A stretch of 64,000 nucleotides of DNA from NCBI RefSeq assembly GCF_002113885.1, contig NW_018408610.1, positions 502,648 to 566,647 on the forward strand, written 5' to 3'. Of this stretch, positions 13,855-27,452 are shown in pieces. Each line of letters begins with the position of its first letter. Positions within the stretch are counted from its first letter, which is position 1. A program made the translations under genes and the position numbers. The notes beneath the pieces were generated by a model that had not been told where the DNA came from, made no database searches, and was given only the letters and a program-made list of their open reading frames with translations. The stretch comes from Mizuhopecten yessoensis (lineage: Eukaryota).

Positions 13855-15812
13855 TTTGGAAGTCATGTTCTGGTATCGTTAGCCTGTTTGGAGGTCATGT
13901 TCTAGACTGATTAGAGGTCATGTTCTAGGCTGATTGGAGGTCATGTTCTAGACTGATTGGAGGCAATGTTCTAGACTGATTGGAGGTCATGTTTTAGACT
14001 GTTTGGAGGTCATGTTCTAGACTGATTGGAGGTCATGTTCTAGACTGTTTGGAGGTCATGTTCTGTTATCGTTAGCCTGTTTGGAGGTAATGTTCTAGAC
14101 TGATTGGAGGTCATGTTCTAGACTGTTTGGAGGTCATGTTCTAGACTGATTGGAGGTAATGTTCTAGACTGATTGGAGGTCATGTTCCGGTAACATCAGA
14201 CTGTTTGGAGGTCGTGTTCTGGTAACAATAGACTGATTGGAGGTCATGTTCCGGTAACATTAGACTGTTTGGAGGTCATGTTCTGGTAATATTAGCCTGC
14301 TTGGAGGTCGTGTTCCGGTAACATTAGACTGTTTAGTGGTAATTGTCTGGTAACATCAGACTGTTTGGAGGTCGTGTTCTGGTAACATTATACTGTTTGG
14401 AGGTCATGGTCTGGTAACATCAGACTGTTTGGAGGTCGTGTTCAGGTAACATTTAACTGTTTGGAGGTCATGGTCTGGTAACATTAGACTGTTTTTAGGT
14501 CGTGTTCTGGTAACAATAGACTGTTTGGAGGTCATGTTCTGGTAACATCAGACTGTTTGGGGGTCATGTTCTGGTAGCATTAGACTGATTGGATGTCCTG
14601 TTTTGGTAACATTAGACTATTTGTAGGTCGTGTTCTGGTAACATTAGATTGATTGGAGGTCATGTTCTGGTAACATCAGACTGTTTGGGGGTCATGTTCT
14701 GGTAGCATTAGACTGATTGGATGTCCTGTTTTGATAACATTAGACTATTTGTAGGTCGTGTTCTGGTAACATTAGATTGATTGGAGGTCATGTTCTGGTA
14801 ACATCAGACTGTTTGGGGGTCATGTTCTGGTAGCATATTAGACTGATTGGATGTCCTGTTTTGGTAACATTAGACTATTTGTTGGTCGTGTTCTGGTAAC
14901 AATAGACTGATTGGAGGTCATGTTCTTGTAACATTAGACTGTTTGGAGGTCATGTTCTGGTAACATTAGACTGTTTGGAGGTCATGTTCTGGTAACATCA
15001 GACTGTTTGGAGGTCGTGTTCCGGTAACATTAGATTGATTGGAGGTCATGTTCCGGTAACGTTAGACTGTTTGGAGGTCATGTTTCGGTAACATTAGACT
15101 GTTTGGAGGTCATGTTCTGGTAACATTAGACTGTTTGGAGGTCATGTTCTGGTAACAATAGACTGATTGGAGGTCGTGTTCCGGTAACATTAGACTGTTT
15201 AGTGGTGATTGTCTGGTAACATCAGACTGTTTGGAGGTCGTGTTCTGGTAACATTAAACTGTTTGGAGGTCGTGTTCCGGTAACATTAGATCGGTTGGAG
15301 GTCATGTTCTGGTAACATCAGACTTTTTGGGGGTCATGTTCTGTAAGCATTAGACTGATTGGAGGTCATGTTTCGGTAACATTGGACTGTTTGGAGGTCA
15401 TGTTCTGGTAACATCAGACTGTTTGGAGGTCGTGTTCTGGTAACATTAGATTGATTGGAGGTCATGTTCTTATAACATTATACTGTTTGGAGGTCATGTT
15501 CCGGTATTATGACTGTTCAGAGGTCATGTTCTTGTAACATTAGACTGTTTGGAGGTCGTGTTCTGGTAACATTAGACTGTTTGAAGGTCATGGTCTGGTA
15601 ACATTAGACTGTTTGGAGGTCATGGTCTGGTAACATCAGACTGTTTGGAGGTCGTGTTCTGGTAACATTAGACTGTTTAGTGGTGATTGTCTGGTAACAT
15701 CAGACTGTTTGGAGGTCATATTCTGGTAACATCAGACTGATTGGAGGTCGTGTTCTGGTAACATCAGACTGATTGGAGGCCATGTTCTGGTAACATAAGA
15801 CTGTTTGGAGGT
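13855..15812 (+). repeat. Minisatellite array of 23-bp and ~32-bp units
   Basis: Units gactg(a/t)ttggaggtcatgttcta and gactgtttggaggtcatgttctggtaacatta, with higher-order blocks. Confidence 0.97.
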
Positions 15813-15979
15813 GGGCTAAAAAGTTGGTGTGAAGCATTCTAAAATGCTGGCATTTCACACATTTAGGTATCCTTTATCCAATAAATATTTAAGACCAAAT
15901 TTGATCAAAATCCACTCAGTCGTTCAGGACAAGTAGTCCTTTTGATCAGGTGAACAACATATTAATAGGGTACATAAGG

Positions 15980-16780
15980 ATATAACAAGGGTTCCCAGAG
16001 GGGTCTTGACGCCCACCATTGAATGATCTTTAATGGTTCTATGTAAGACTTTCCTCTTTTCCTCTTAATAATCTGATAACAAGGAAAACCTTCATATGCT
16101 AAGAAGAAATTGCTGAGAAATAGAGATAACAAACTTAAACCATCAAAATCCAAGATGGCTGCCTGTCAGCCATTTTGTTTTCCTGATCATATTCAAAATT
16201 AAATGGGCACAACTAGGGACCAGGGGGAACCTACATGTGAAGTTTGAGAAATATTCCTCCAGTACTTTCCAAGAAATACCGATAACAATTTTCAATTATC
16301 AAAATCCAAGATGGTCCCTGTCGGCCATGTCAGACCCAGCGTTGATACAAATTTACTTCCACTTCACCAAAGGATACTTTAGACCAAATATGGACTGATC
16401 CTGTCATTCCTACAGAAGAAAACAGATTTTAAAGCTATTTTTCTATTTTCCCTATTTTGCCCTGCCCCTCTGCCCCAGGGGGTTAAAAAACCCAGTTTAT
16501 ACAAAATTGGTTCCCCTTCACCCAAGGTTGTTTTTTTTCTCCAAATTTGGATAAAAATCCTTCATTCCTACAAAGAAGGATTTTGAAGAATTTGCTATGT
16601 TTCTCCTATTGGGCCCCGCCCCTCTGCCCCCAGGGGTCAGACCAAACATTTATACAAAATTGAGTCCCCTGCACCAAAGGATACACCAAATATGGACAAA
16701 ATCCTGTCATTCCTAGAGAAGAAGATAAAGAATATTAAAGAATTTGCTAGAAACAGAAACTATAAGTAGGACAAAAATAA
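15980..16780 (-). mobile_element. Helentron/HINE-like non-autonomous repeat fragments
   Basis: Terminal motif aacaagggttcccagaggggtcttgacgcccacc is repeated at 17863. Internal units (cctattgggccccgcccct...) are shared, inverted, with 35950-36900. Confidence 0.55.
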
Positions 16781-17109
16781 ATGTAAAGTGATGATAAATA
16801 TTTACATATACTCTTGTAATTTACATATCTGTCACCTTTAAGTTTAAAAAAACACATTCAAACCCTGACGCCATCTATCAACAACATATATATAGAAAAG
16901 GTTACATTGACTTTTTTATTTGTTAAAGTCATCTCTCTCTCCAAACAGATTATACAAATTTGGACCAATTCCTTTCATTCCTTCCCAAGATGAAGGATTT
17001 TTAAGAACTTGCGATATATTTCTGAAAAGAATGCTGTCTGTCAGACATTTTTTCCCCTTGATCTTCCTCAAAGATTGAACAGACAGACACACCTCTATTC
17101 AAAAGGCTA

Positions 17110-17772
17110 ATTATGACACACTGGCACTTTGTAGGTTTTTTTTTACAAAAATCCAAGGTATCACATGTGTATCAAACTTTTTTCGTGTCTCTACCTATCA
17201 ATAATATATCAAATGATTTTGCAACTGTGCATGTAATCCTGACTTGTCAAGATTATGTTTGGCAGCCAATTTTGTCTTGGTAAAAACAGTGAAATTCAAG
17301 AAAAGCCAAACAACAACAACGGTTTTATAGTCTAGTATGTCCTTCTGTGGAATCCGTATCTCCATCCAATCCTCGGCCAGTAGTAAGCAGTCATAGTCAG
17401 GGTCATACAAACAAACAAACACATACATGATCAATTGTTGCTGCAATTGTTGGAATCAAGAAATGTGATAATGTACTCTCATTCCTGTTAACCTGGGCAA
17501 ATCCATTAGTTATAGCTTCAGCCAAGATTTGCTCCACAACTTTTGATTCCAAAAGAACACTGTCATGTTTCTTGTTGGCTTTTACTTCAATACAAATATC
17601 ATCAGTGTTCTCTATTTCTACCTTTCTTTGTTTTCTTGCAGGTTCAACATCTGTATCTTAACTATCATCATCTTCATCCTCTTCACTGTTCTCAGTTTCT
17701 TCATTTCAAAGTGTCACAGCAATTCGTTGTTCAATATGATATCTACTCCGCCATGCCATGTTTTCTCTGATC
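17110..17772 (-). pseudogene. Paralog A exon 3: PD-(D/E)XK-like nuclease domain, disrupted
   Basis: Acceptor tcaaacag|. Reads SEKTWHGGVDIILN...DDICIEVKANKKHDSVLLESKVVEQILAEAITNGFAQVN...SHFLIPTI...CLYDPDYDCLL...VWLFLNFTVFTK...KSGLH, collinear with 42238-42896. It has frameshifts (~17725; GTTT duplication ~17410) and TGA/TAA stops. Confidence 0.88.
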
Positions 17773-18540
17773 CTGTTTGATAATATAAAAGTACAGTAAA
17801 TAAGCACTTTCGTGCTTTGAAAATGGTTGTCAATTTGAACAGTTCTATAGGAATCTAATTTAAACAAGAGATCCCAGAGGGATCTTGGCGCCCACCATTG
17901 AATTATCTTTATTGGTTCTATGCAAGACTGATCTTTTCTCTACTTTTACATTCTTTCCTCTTCATCATTTGATAACAGGGACAACCTTCTATGAAATAGT
18001 GAAAACTAGAACTGAAAGCCATATAGCTAACTAATAACCCCCACTACCCATCATAAATGACCATGGCAACCAAATGACATCTATTGTTTCGGAAAATAGC
18101 ACTATTTTACTTGCCATCTCTAAAAACCTGTACATACCAATTTTCAGCTTAATCAGACATTATCTCATTTTGGACCAATCAGAAGCCTCCATTATGTGTC
18201 CATAGTAATGGTTCTGGTCTTCAATTAATAAGTTACACCGCTTGACCAAGTTTGAAAACAAGAGGTCCAGAGTCCCTGCATCACTCACCTGGATATTTCA
18301 GTAATCATGGCAAAATACTCTCATTTTGAGTTGCCTCTCCCATAAATGGTTCAAACTAAATGTGCATTGACCAAATCCTATCATTCTTAAAGAAGAAGAA
18401 GAAGAAGGATTTTGAAGTTTTTTGCTCTATTTCCCTTATGGGCCCGGCCCTTCAGGCCCCAAGGGAGCCTATATAGCTAACCCTCACCTTATACAATCTG
18501 ATGATCGTGGACTATATATATAAATTTAAATGGTATCGAA

Positions 18541-19206
18541 CCATCCTTACCTGTGTCTCCTACACAGACTATATCTACTGAAGTGTCTCCTACACAGACT
18601 ATATCTACTGAAGTGTCTCCTACACAGACTATAGCTACTGAAGTGTCTCCTACACAGACTATATCTACTGAAGTGTCTCCTACACAGACTATATCTACTG
18701 AAGTGTCTCCTACACAGATCTTACCTACTAAAGTATCTCCTACACAAATCTTACCTACTGAAGTATCTCCTACACAGATATTACCTACTGAAGTATCTCC
18801 TACACAGATCTTCCCTACTGAAGTATCTCCTACACAGATCTTACCTACTGAAGTATCTCCTACACAAATCTTACCTACTTAAGTATCTCCTACACAAATC
18901 TTACCTACTGAAGTGTCTCCTACACAGATCTTACCTACTGAAGTATCTCCTACACAGACCCTACCTACTGAAGTGTCTCCTACACAGATCTGACCTACCG
19001 AAGTGTCTCCTACACAGATCTTACCTACTGAAGTATCTACTACACAGATCTTACCTACCGAAGTGTCTCCTACACAGATATTACCTACTGAAGTATCTCC
19101 TACCCAGATCTTACCTCCTGAAGTGTCTCCTACTCAGATCTTACCTACTGAAGGTTCTCCTACACAGACCTTACCTACTGAAGGGTCTCCTACACAGATC
19201 TTACCT
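18541..19206. repeat. 30-bp minisatellite, array 1 (about 22 units)
   Basis: Unit gaagtgtctcctacacagatcttacctact. Confidence 0.97.
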
Positions 19207-19919
19207 AGACTGTTTGGAGGTCATGTTCTAGACTGTTTGGATGTCATGTTCTAGGCTGATTGGAGGTCATGTTCTTGTAACATTAGACTGTTTGGAGGTC
19301 ATGTTCTGGTAACATTAGACTGTTTGGAGGTCATGTTCTAGACTGATTGGGGGTCTTTTTCTAGCCTTTTTGGATGTCATGTTCTAGGCTGATTGGAGGT
19401 CATGTTCTTGTAACATTAGACTGTTTGGAGGTCATGTTCTAGACTGATTGGGGGTCTTTTTCTAGCCTTTTTGGATGTCATGTTCTAGGCTGATTGGAGG
19501 TCATGTTCTAGACTGTTTGGATGTCATGTTCTAGGCTGATTGGAGGTCATGTTCTTGTAACATTAGACTGTTTGGAGGTCATGTTCTGGTAACATCAGAC
19601 TGTTTGGGGGTCATGTTCTGGTAGCATTAGACTGATTGGATGTCCTGTTTTGGTAACATTAGACTATTTGTAGGTCGTGTTCTGGTAACATTAGATTGAT
19701 TGGAGGTCATGTTCTTGTAACATTAGACTGTTTGGAGGTCATGTTCTGGTAACATTAGACTGTTTGGAGGTCATGTTCTGGTAACATCAGACTGTTTGGG
19801 GGTCATGTTCTGGTAGCATTAGACTGATTGGATGTCCTGTTTTGGTAACATTAGACTATTTGTTACCAAAACAGGACATCCAATCAGTCTAATGCTACCA
19901 GAACATGACCCCCAAACAG
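19207..19919. repeat. Second block of the 23/32-bp satellite; last ~58 bp inverted
   Basis: Same units as 13855-15812. 19862-19919 is the reverse complement of 19789-19850. Confidence 0.93.
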
Positions 19920-20370
19920 GTAGGTAAGATCTGTGTAGTAGATACTTCAGTAGGTAATATCTGTGTAGGAGATACTTCAGAAGGTAAGATCTGTGTAGGA
20001 AATACTTCAGTAGGTAAGATCTTACCTACTGAAGTGGCTCCTACACAGATCTTACCCACTGAAGTATCTCCTACACAGACCCTCCCTACTGAAGTGTCTC
20101 CTACAAAGATCTTACCTACTGAAGTTTCTCCTACACAGACCCTACCTACTGAAGTATCTCCTACACAGCCCCTACCTACTGAAGTGTCTCCTACACACAT
20201 CTTACCTACTGAAGTATTTCCTACACAGATCTTACCTTCTGAAGTATCTCCTACACAAATCTTACCTACTGAAGTGTCTCCTACACAGATCTTACCTACT
20301 GAAGTTTCTCCTACACAGACCTTACCTACTGAAGTGTCTCCTACACATATCTTACTGACCGAAGTGTTTC
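19920..20370. repeat. 30-bp minisatellite, array 2 (about 3 inverted plus 12 direct units), continuous with exon 2 of paralog A
   Basis: Orientation switches at the palindrome acttcagtaggtaAGATCTtacctactgaagt (centre 20019/20020). Confidence 0.95.
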
Positions 20371-20571
20371 CTTGGCAAATGTTCGCCATACAGTCACAGC
20401 CACATTTGTCTGGAAGTTGCTTTGCATGTTTATCAACCTCGTACTTCTTTCCTTGGATCAACTGGGAAAAGAAATGATGGGCCAATCCAACCATAATTTG
20501 TGTCTCCTTACTTCCATTTGTCGGAGCGTCTTTGGCAAGTTTCTTGATCGCCTCTTCATGTTTTCTTTGCT
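20356..20571 (-). pseudogene. Paralog A exon 2
   Basis: Acceptor ttttttcccag|. EQRKHEEAIKKLAKDAPTNGSKETQIMVGLAHHFFSQLIQGKKYEVDKHAKQLPDKCGCDCMANICQGNTSV aligns to 39577-39795. Donor GTAAGA at 20355. Confidence 0.88.
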
Positions 20572-21199
20572 CTGGGAAAAAATATCATACAGAGCAAACT
20601 GTGTAAGAGGATCAATGATTCACCGTTAAACCCCGTGTAATTTGTGCAGTTTTTTTGTACAGAAATAAATTTTAAAGTTGGGGGTGCGCAAATTACACAA
20701 GTAGCTCGACATTTCAAGTGTTTTTTTTACAGAAAAAAAAATCGTCAATTCTCAATGTCCGCCATCTTGGAAAAAGACGGAAATTCACGTTGCGAACTTA
20801 AAAGATTGATGAACATGCACTCAGCAATTTATTCTTGTTAAATGTATCAGATAATAGAATGATGCATAGGTAACATACTACATGTGTTGATATTTGAGTT
20901 AACTAGAACACTGACAGGTCAGCAAGGGCCCCGTCTTATGGTTATATACCCCCCTTAACCATCAAGAACTAGAAGCCATCTGCCCATATCGCTGAGGTTG
21001 ACGTTTGACATTTGGACTTTAAAAACAATCGCAAGGAAGCAAAATATACATTATACATGTGCTATGATGTGACTCTTGTTTTCATCCACCACCATATTTG
21101 CTGGGCTAACGGAGATGAAAATATTGGTATAAAACTCATTTATTAGCTTTGATTTGTTTTATTTAAACCTTACATACCTCTCCAACTAAGTGCCAGGGT

Positions 21200-21723
21200 C
21201 ATAGTCAGAGATCAAATTTGTCCTTGACCTATGAACCCAAATGACCTTGACCTTTGACCCAGTGACCGTGATCTTTGGTCAGTTGACTTCTTGTATAATT
21301 CCGACCAACTTTGCTTCATAATGTCATCACAAAATATTCATCAGTGAAAAGACACAAAATATGACCTTGACCTTTGACCCAGAGACCTTGACTTTTGGTC
21401 AGATGACTCCTTGTTTAATTCTGACCAACAATGCTTCATAGTAACATAACAAAATGTTCATCAGTAAAAAGATACAAAATTTGACCTTGACTTCTGACCT
21501 GAAGACCTTGACCTTTAGTCAGATGACTCCTTTCTGAATTCCAACTAGCTTTGCTACAATATGTCATAATAAAATGTTCATTAGTGAAAAGATACAAAAT
21601 TTGACCTTTGACCCAGTGACCTTGACCTTTGGTCAGTTGACTCCTTGCTAAATTCCGACCAACGTTGCGTCATCATGTCACAACAAACAAAAATACAATA
21701 TTTGACATTGACCTTTGACCTAG
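21200..21723. repeat. ~120-bp tandem repeat (tgaccttgacctttgaccc...), split by an insertion and resuming at 31521-31562
   Basis: Four to five units are visible. The interrupted unit rejoins exactly across the 21724-31520 insertion. Confidence 0.85.
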
Positions 21724-22796
21724 CAGGGCTTTATCAGGGAGTTTCGGGAATCGGTACCCTAGGTTCAAATTTGGAAAAAATGATCGACATTACAGCTACT
21801 TTGGGAAATTTGGACAAACATCATTATAACAACTAATTACATGACTTTCTTGTCTACATTTATTATTATGGCACAGTCAGCTATAATTTTTTTATACTTT
21901 AATTATCGATCGCTCAACAAAGTAATCGGAAGGAATATTTCATTTTGTCAGTGATTGATACTAACTTATTTTATCGGGTGGCCAGCAGGACGACCAGATA
22001 TTGTTTTCAGGTGGTCCTTCTCAATCATAAGTGGTCCTTCCATATTGACCAAGATTAAGAAATAACAATGAAAGTTTTATATATCTTTTGTCGATGTACA
22101 TCTCCATAAAAACGAGGAAATATCTCTGAGTTTTTGCAATGAAATCAGATAGATATTAAAAAGAACATCTAATAACAATGAATTTTACAACAACAAAAAA
22201 TAAAAATGATCATTTATAAACAATAACAAACACAGATTTTTTAAGATTTACAGATGTATTATAAAATAAATCACTAAGTATTTACATTACAAAACTGTTC
22301 TACACATAATATAATTTACATAGCATAGCAAACACATACTTAACTAGACAAAACATAGAACAAAATCAAACAAACAAATTGCATTTAGGGCTGTCTTGGC
22401 TGCTGCATATATATATTACAAAATTACCAGCATGAAGGAAGATAAATTCAAGATTCCCTACCAGGTGCAAGTCCTAATCCTATGAACAGGAAAAGGCGGT
22501 CCTGGTTAAGGGAAATGAGGTAAGTATTAAAGTTTAGAGCTGGTAGACAATGAACAAATGAAGAAATTGAAATTGAATGAGCAGGTTGTGGCCAGGCGAG
22601 GTCCTGAGTCCTCTTGGAGAACCAGGCGAAAGTCCTGTACCACAAAGACTGCTATCATACATAGTTTGGTTACATCGCCAGGCGAGTCCTGAGCCCTACT
22701 GAAGAACCAGGCGGAAAATGGTCCTGTACGATGTAAACTGTGTATGACATGTATATGAAATGAATGAAACCCCAATGACTTTGGGGCTAATGGACC

Positions 22797-23225
22797 NNNN
22801 NNNNNNNNNNNNNNNNNNNNNNNNNNNNNNNNNNNNNNNNNNNNNNNNNNNNNNNNNNNNNNNNNNNNNNNNNNNNNNNNNNNNNNNNNNNNNNNNNNNN
22901 NNNNNNNNNNNNNNNNNNNNNNNNNNNNNNNNNNNNNNNNNNNNNNNNNNNNNNNNNNNNNNNNNNNNNNNNNNNNNNNNNNNNNNNNNNNNNNNNNNNN
23001 NNNNNNNNNNNNNNNNNNNNNNNNNNNNNNNNNNNNNNNNNNNNNNNNNNNNNNNNNNNNNNNNNNNNNNNNNNNNNNNNNNNNNNNNNNNNNNNNNNNN
23101 NNNNNNNNNNNNNNNNNNNNNNNNNNNNNNNNNNNNNNNNNNNNNNNNNNNNNNNNNNNNNNNNNNNNNNNNNNNNNNNNNNNNNNNNNNNNNNNNNNNN
23201 NNNNNNNNNNNNNNNNNNNNNNNNN
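22797..23225. other. Assembly gap (N run) with duplicated flanks
   Basis: About 390 bp left of the gap (22408-22796) recurs almost identically right of it (23226-23613). Confidence 0.95.
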
Positions 23226-24077
23226 ATATATATTACAAAATTACCAGCATGAAGGAAGATAAATTCAAGATTCCCTACCAGGTGCAAGTCCTAATCCTAT
23301 GAACAGGAAAAGGCGGTCCTGGTTAAGGGAAATGAGGTAAGTATTAAAGTTTAGAGCTGGTAGACAATGAACAAATGAAGAAATTGAAATTGAATGAGCA
23401 GGTTGTGGCCAGGCGAGGTCCTGAGTCCTCTTGGAGAACCAGGCGAAAGTCCTGTACCACAAAGACTGCTATCATACATAGTTTGGTTACATCGCCAGGC
23501 GAGTCCTGAGCCCTACTGAAGAACCAGGCGGAAAATGGTCCTGTACGATGTAAACTGTGTATGACATGTATATGAAATGAATGAAACCCCAATGACTTTG
23601 GGGCTATTGGACCGAATTGATTATGCGCAGCATGAGAAAGCCCCAAATTGTATTAAACAAGTTATTCTTTTTTATATAACTGATTAACTAATTATATCAA
23701 ATAATGTTTGTGAATTTTTTTTCAGCTTGATGTAGGTTGTTACTGTGATATAACATTTGTTGAATGGTTAGATTTTGAGTGAAAAATGACTTTCAAGACC
23801 AACATGATGATGAATCTATAAATAGCAAATGGGACCATGCCACCAATACCATATCAAATCAAGAAGTAACTTATTTATAATTCCTTCAAGTGTTATGGGA
23901 GTTTTAAATCAAATAAACGATTGTCATTTCCATGTGTTATGTATACTGTATGCCTTCTAAAACTTGACACAAGCAGTGTGTTCCATTTAGCGGAACGTTC
24001 CGGTTGTGCCAACTTGGAACGGCTCCGCTAAATGGTACAGTACGTTCCAATCACGTTCCCCGCACGCTAGATCCAAC

Positions 24078-27000
24078 ATGGCGGATATCAGCACGATTGC
24101 TACAGCGTCTTATTCTTTTTTATCATTTTTTGATGATGAGGACGACGATATGTTAGAAACCGCAGCTGCTGTGTTTTGTATGACGCGATACCGAGTTCGC
24201 GTTCCGCTGTATGTTGAAAATGTTGTTACAAATTATGATGAAATTGAGTTCCGTTCTCAATTTAGAATGACACGGAGGTCGTTCAATTTATTAACAAACC
24301 TGATTTATGCCACTGATAAAGTTTCTACATATCATGATCAAGGTCGCGAACCTATTCAGCTAGAGAAACAGGTTTTGGTGACAGTTTGGTACCTGGCAAA
24401 CAAGGACTCACATCGGGAAATAGCCGATCGGTTTAATATAACAGTAAGCAGCGTCGCTAGGACGAAATCCCGTGTGATCGACGCTATCATGGCTTTGATG
24501 AAAGAATTCATCGTTTGGCCAACTGGTAATAACCGCACATTGTTCTTTAACAATTAATTACTTCATTTGGGGTTATAACATTTTGTTTAAGGTCCCTTCC
24601 ACTATGGACTTGACAATTTCATAAACATTCGGATAAATTCAGTTTAAAATCTACTTACATTCCAGTATCTTCCCGAATTCATAAGCAAGTTTGAAACTTA
24701 CAAGCCCTTGTGTTCACATAGCCTAGCTAGCAACGTGTAAGATATATACAATGGTGAACGAACGACGATTCTTTAAAATACTATATTCAGTACTTACTTC
24801 ATATGAGACGCATGTAACACTTGCAAACTACATTAAATCGCGTTTAAATCCCAATGACGAATTGCCACAATATTTCTGTCAACTTAAAACATGGCGCCGT
24901 TGAAAGTTCACACGAGCGACAACTCTTGCTGTTAGGTGCATTCGTTTGGCACATAAATACTAAACCTATTCGTTACAAATGTCTGAAATACACATATGCT
25001 TTACTGTGTTAACCTTTGTTACATAAACGTACCGTATTCTTCCTATTTCAATTAATTTCTTTCCTAATAGCATATCCTTCATATATATTTTACGTAAATT
25101 AGTCCACTAAGAATAACATTACCATCGTATATCAAGGAGCAAGACTACAACTGATACAGGAGCAGTTTCAGGCCGTCAATGGGTTCCCAGGAGTTGTTAG
25201 GGCTATAGACGGTACTCACATTCCAATTGCGGCTCCAAGTGACCACAAGTCCTCCTACCTAAACAGGAAAAAATACCATTCCTTGGTGCTCCAAGTAAGA
25301 GAAAAAAGTTTAAAATAATACAATTCCGAAGATTTACTACTTATCATGAGTTTTGACAGCGATAAGTAACATTTTATTTTATAGAAAGTATACAAAAGTA
25401 TAAATATCTACCTATCCGCGTTGTTTGTACCTTGAGGATAACGGATGTGCTCTATGTACTTTTTTAATAAGGCTTGTGCAATAATAAGTGAAATAAAGAC
25501 ACACCTTTTTGTTGAATGTAAATTCAGGCAGTGGCTGATCATTAAATGGGATTCACCGATGTATACGTTGGATGGCCAGGGTCTGTACATGATGCCAGGA
25601 TTTACACCAACAGTAGTGTCTGCCTTAAAGCATCGGAGCTTTTCCCGACACAGAGCCACTTGATTGGAGACGGGGCATATCCTCTTTCGAAGTATGTGTT
25701 TAATTAATGTTTTACACACTACTTGATTTGATAGAGCAGCTCTATTATTTCTTTCTATTTATTACTATTGACAACTAAACTTTTAGTGCCCTGTTAAATT
25801 AATAAGTTTCAATGTTACACTCAAGGGCAGAATGCATGTAAGAAATGCAAACACAGCGGACATTTTTGCTAACGATTACTAATCAATAAAAACATATTTC
25901 CGCCTCATCAAACGTAAGATTTGCCATAATTGCTGTGTGCTGTTCAGGTTTTGGCATTTAAAACATAGAGTGCAATATTCTTTGATTAATACTTGTGTTA
26001 ACGACACCGGATATTGCCTCCAAACAGGCGGTGATCACACGAGATGCAGTTGAAAGTGAGTTTTTCTTCTATATTTTCCTTAATTCAGGGGCTGTCATGT
26101 GCTCGAGGATTTTAGGATCAATACCTCACATTTTCAGCGTTTATATTATCCATAGAAAACGTCCATTAATGGGCCAATATGTCTTCCAGACTTACACACA
26201 CGTCGTGTGGTATCGGCGGAAACTTGCGAGCGATAACCATCACGTGTCTGAATTAATGTATTGTCTACAGCTAAATAAAGATGTATCTACATTACACACA
26301 TTCATTATGTCAGTGAAAGCATTGTATTATATGAAATATCGTCAAAAATATTTCGTCGAACTGTACGGCAACTTGAATGTTTGTTTTTAGATTACTGTAC
26401 GGCATCATGCAAATTGCAAGTCGCCGTACAATGCTATGCAATTATGTCAGCATATTTCTCATAATTTACGAGTTCGAAAATATGATAAATGTATACATTT
26501 TAATTAGTTTTAGGTAATGAAATTTGTTAAAAAACACACACCACTACAATACTAATTCAGACACGTGGTAAGTATCATTCGTGAGTTTTCGCCGATACCA
26601 GGCGGCGTGTTTGCAAGTCTAGAAGAAATATTGACCCATATAGGAACGTTCTCTGTGGTTTAAGCCATTGCTGAAAATGTGAGGAATTGATACAAAAAAG
26701 CCAAAGACCATACAAACCTCTGAAGTAAGGAAATTATAGGAAAAAAATCACCTGCAACAGAAGCCCACTTCGTGTGATCACCGCCTGCTTTGTACCAATA
26801 TCCGGTGTTGTTAACACAGTGATTATATGATGTGTTGTTTTTTGTATATGCGATGCTGCTAATTGTACTTACACCATTTCCCCTGCAAGCATCATACCTG
26901 GCAGGCACTGCCATATCTGTCAAGCATTCTATATCTGCCAACAGTGCGCCATACCCATACTTTCGGCTCAACACATTATAATTCCCCACTTATTTGATAC

Positions 27001-27401
27001 AGGGTGGGTATGGTAAAATTCTTACCTGTCTACTTAAAAATGAAAAAAATATATATTTCAGGACAATGATGACACCATATAGGGACAATGGCCATCTGTC
27101 ACCCAAGCAGCGAAACTACAATAGGAAGCATGCATCGACACGTGTCGTAGTGGAGAGGGCCTTTGGTCTTCTCAAAATAAAATGGCGACGTCTCCATCAT
27201 CTTGAGATGATAAATGTTGATAGCATGTGTAGGGTAATTTGTGCAAGCTGTGTCTTGCACAATTTCGTTTTAGCGGAGGACGGTCCAGATATGCTTCCAG
27301 AACCTGAGGTTGAGGAAGACGGAGATGATGAAACCCAGGCTGACAACATGAACACTACTGGTGTTCATAAGAGAGATTATATAGCTGATTTGCTGTTGTA
27401 A
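24078..27401 (+). pseudogene. Harbinger (HARBI1-like, DDE_Tnp_4-type) transposase, four exons (24078-24525, 25137-25294, 25528-25691, 27062-27401), one premature stop
   Basis: Phase-consistent GT-AG splicing. Motifs FRSQFRMTR, GFPGVVRAIDGTHI, YLNRKKYHSLVLQ, GWPGSVHDARI, LIGDGAYPL, RVVVERAFGLLK, CVLHNF. In-frame TAA at 25543-25545. Confidence 0.92.
25988..26825. mobile_element. Foldback MITE in transposase intron 3
   Basis: Long inverted arms: gtgttaacgacaccggatattg...ggcggtgatcacacgag versus 26768-26818, and 26159-26263 versus 26547-26650. Confidence 0.8.
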
Positions 27402-27452
27402 AAAAAAACTTTAATCACATTCTGGAGAAAGCATTTATTTCATCGATATAAG

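Noticed and set aside
13855-15812. CRISPR-like array
   Set aside because: Head-to-tail units without unique spacers, no cas genes, eukaryotic context. The same applies to the 32-, 30- and 45-bp arrays.
18553-20477. EVSPTQILPT repeat proteins
   Set aside because: Stop-free reading of a 30-bp minisatellite on the non-coding strand; the unit derives from a minus-strand splice junction.
22408-23613. Duplicated ORFs or LTR-like direct repeat around the N run
   Set aside because: Near-identical sequence abutting both sides of a gap is most likely an unmerged contig overlap.
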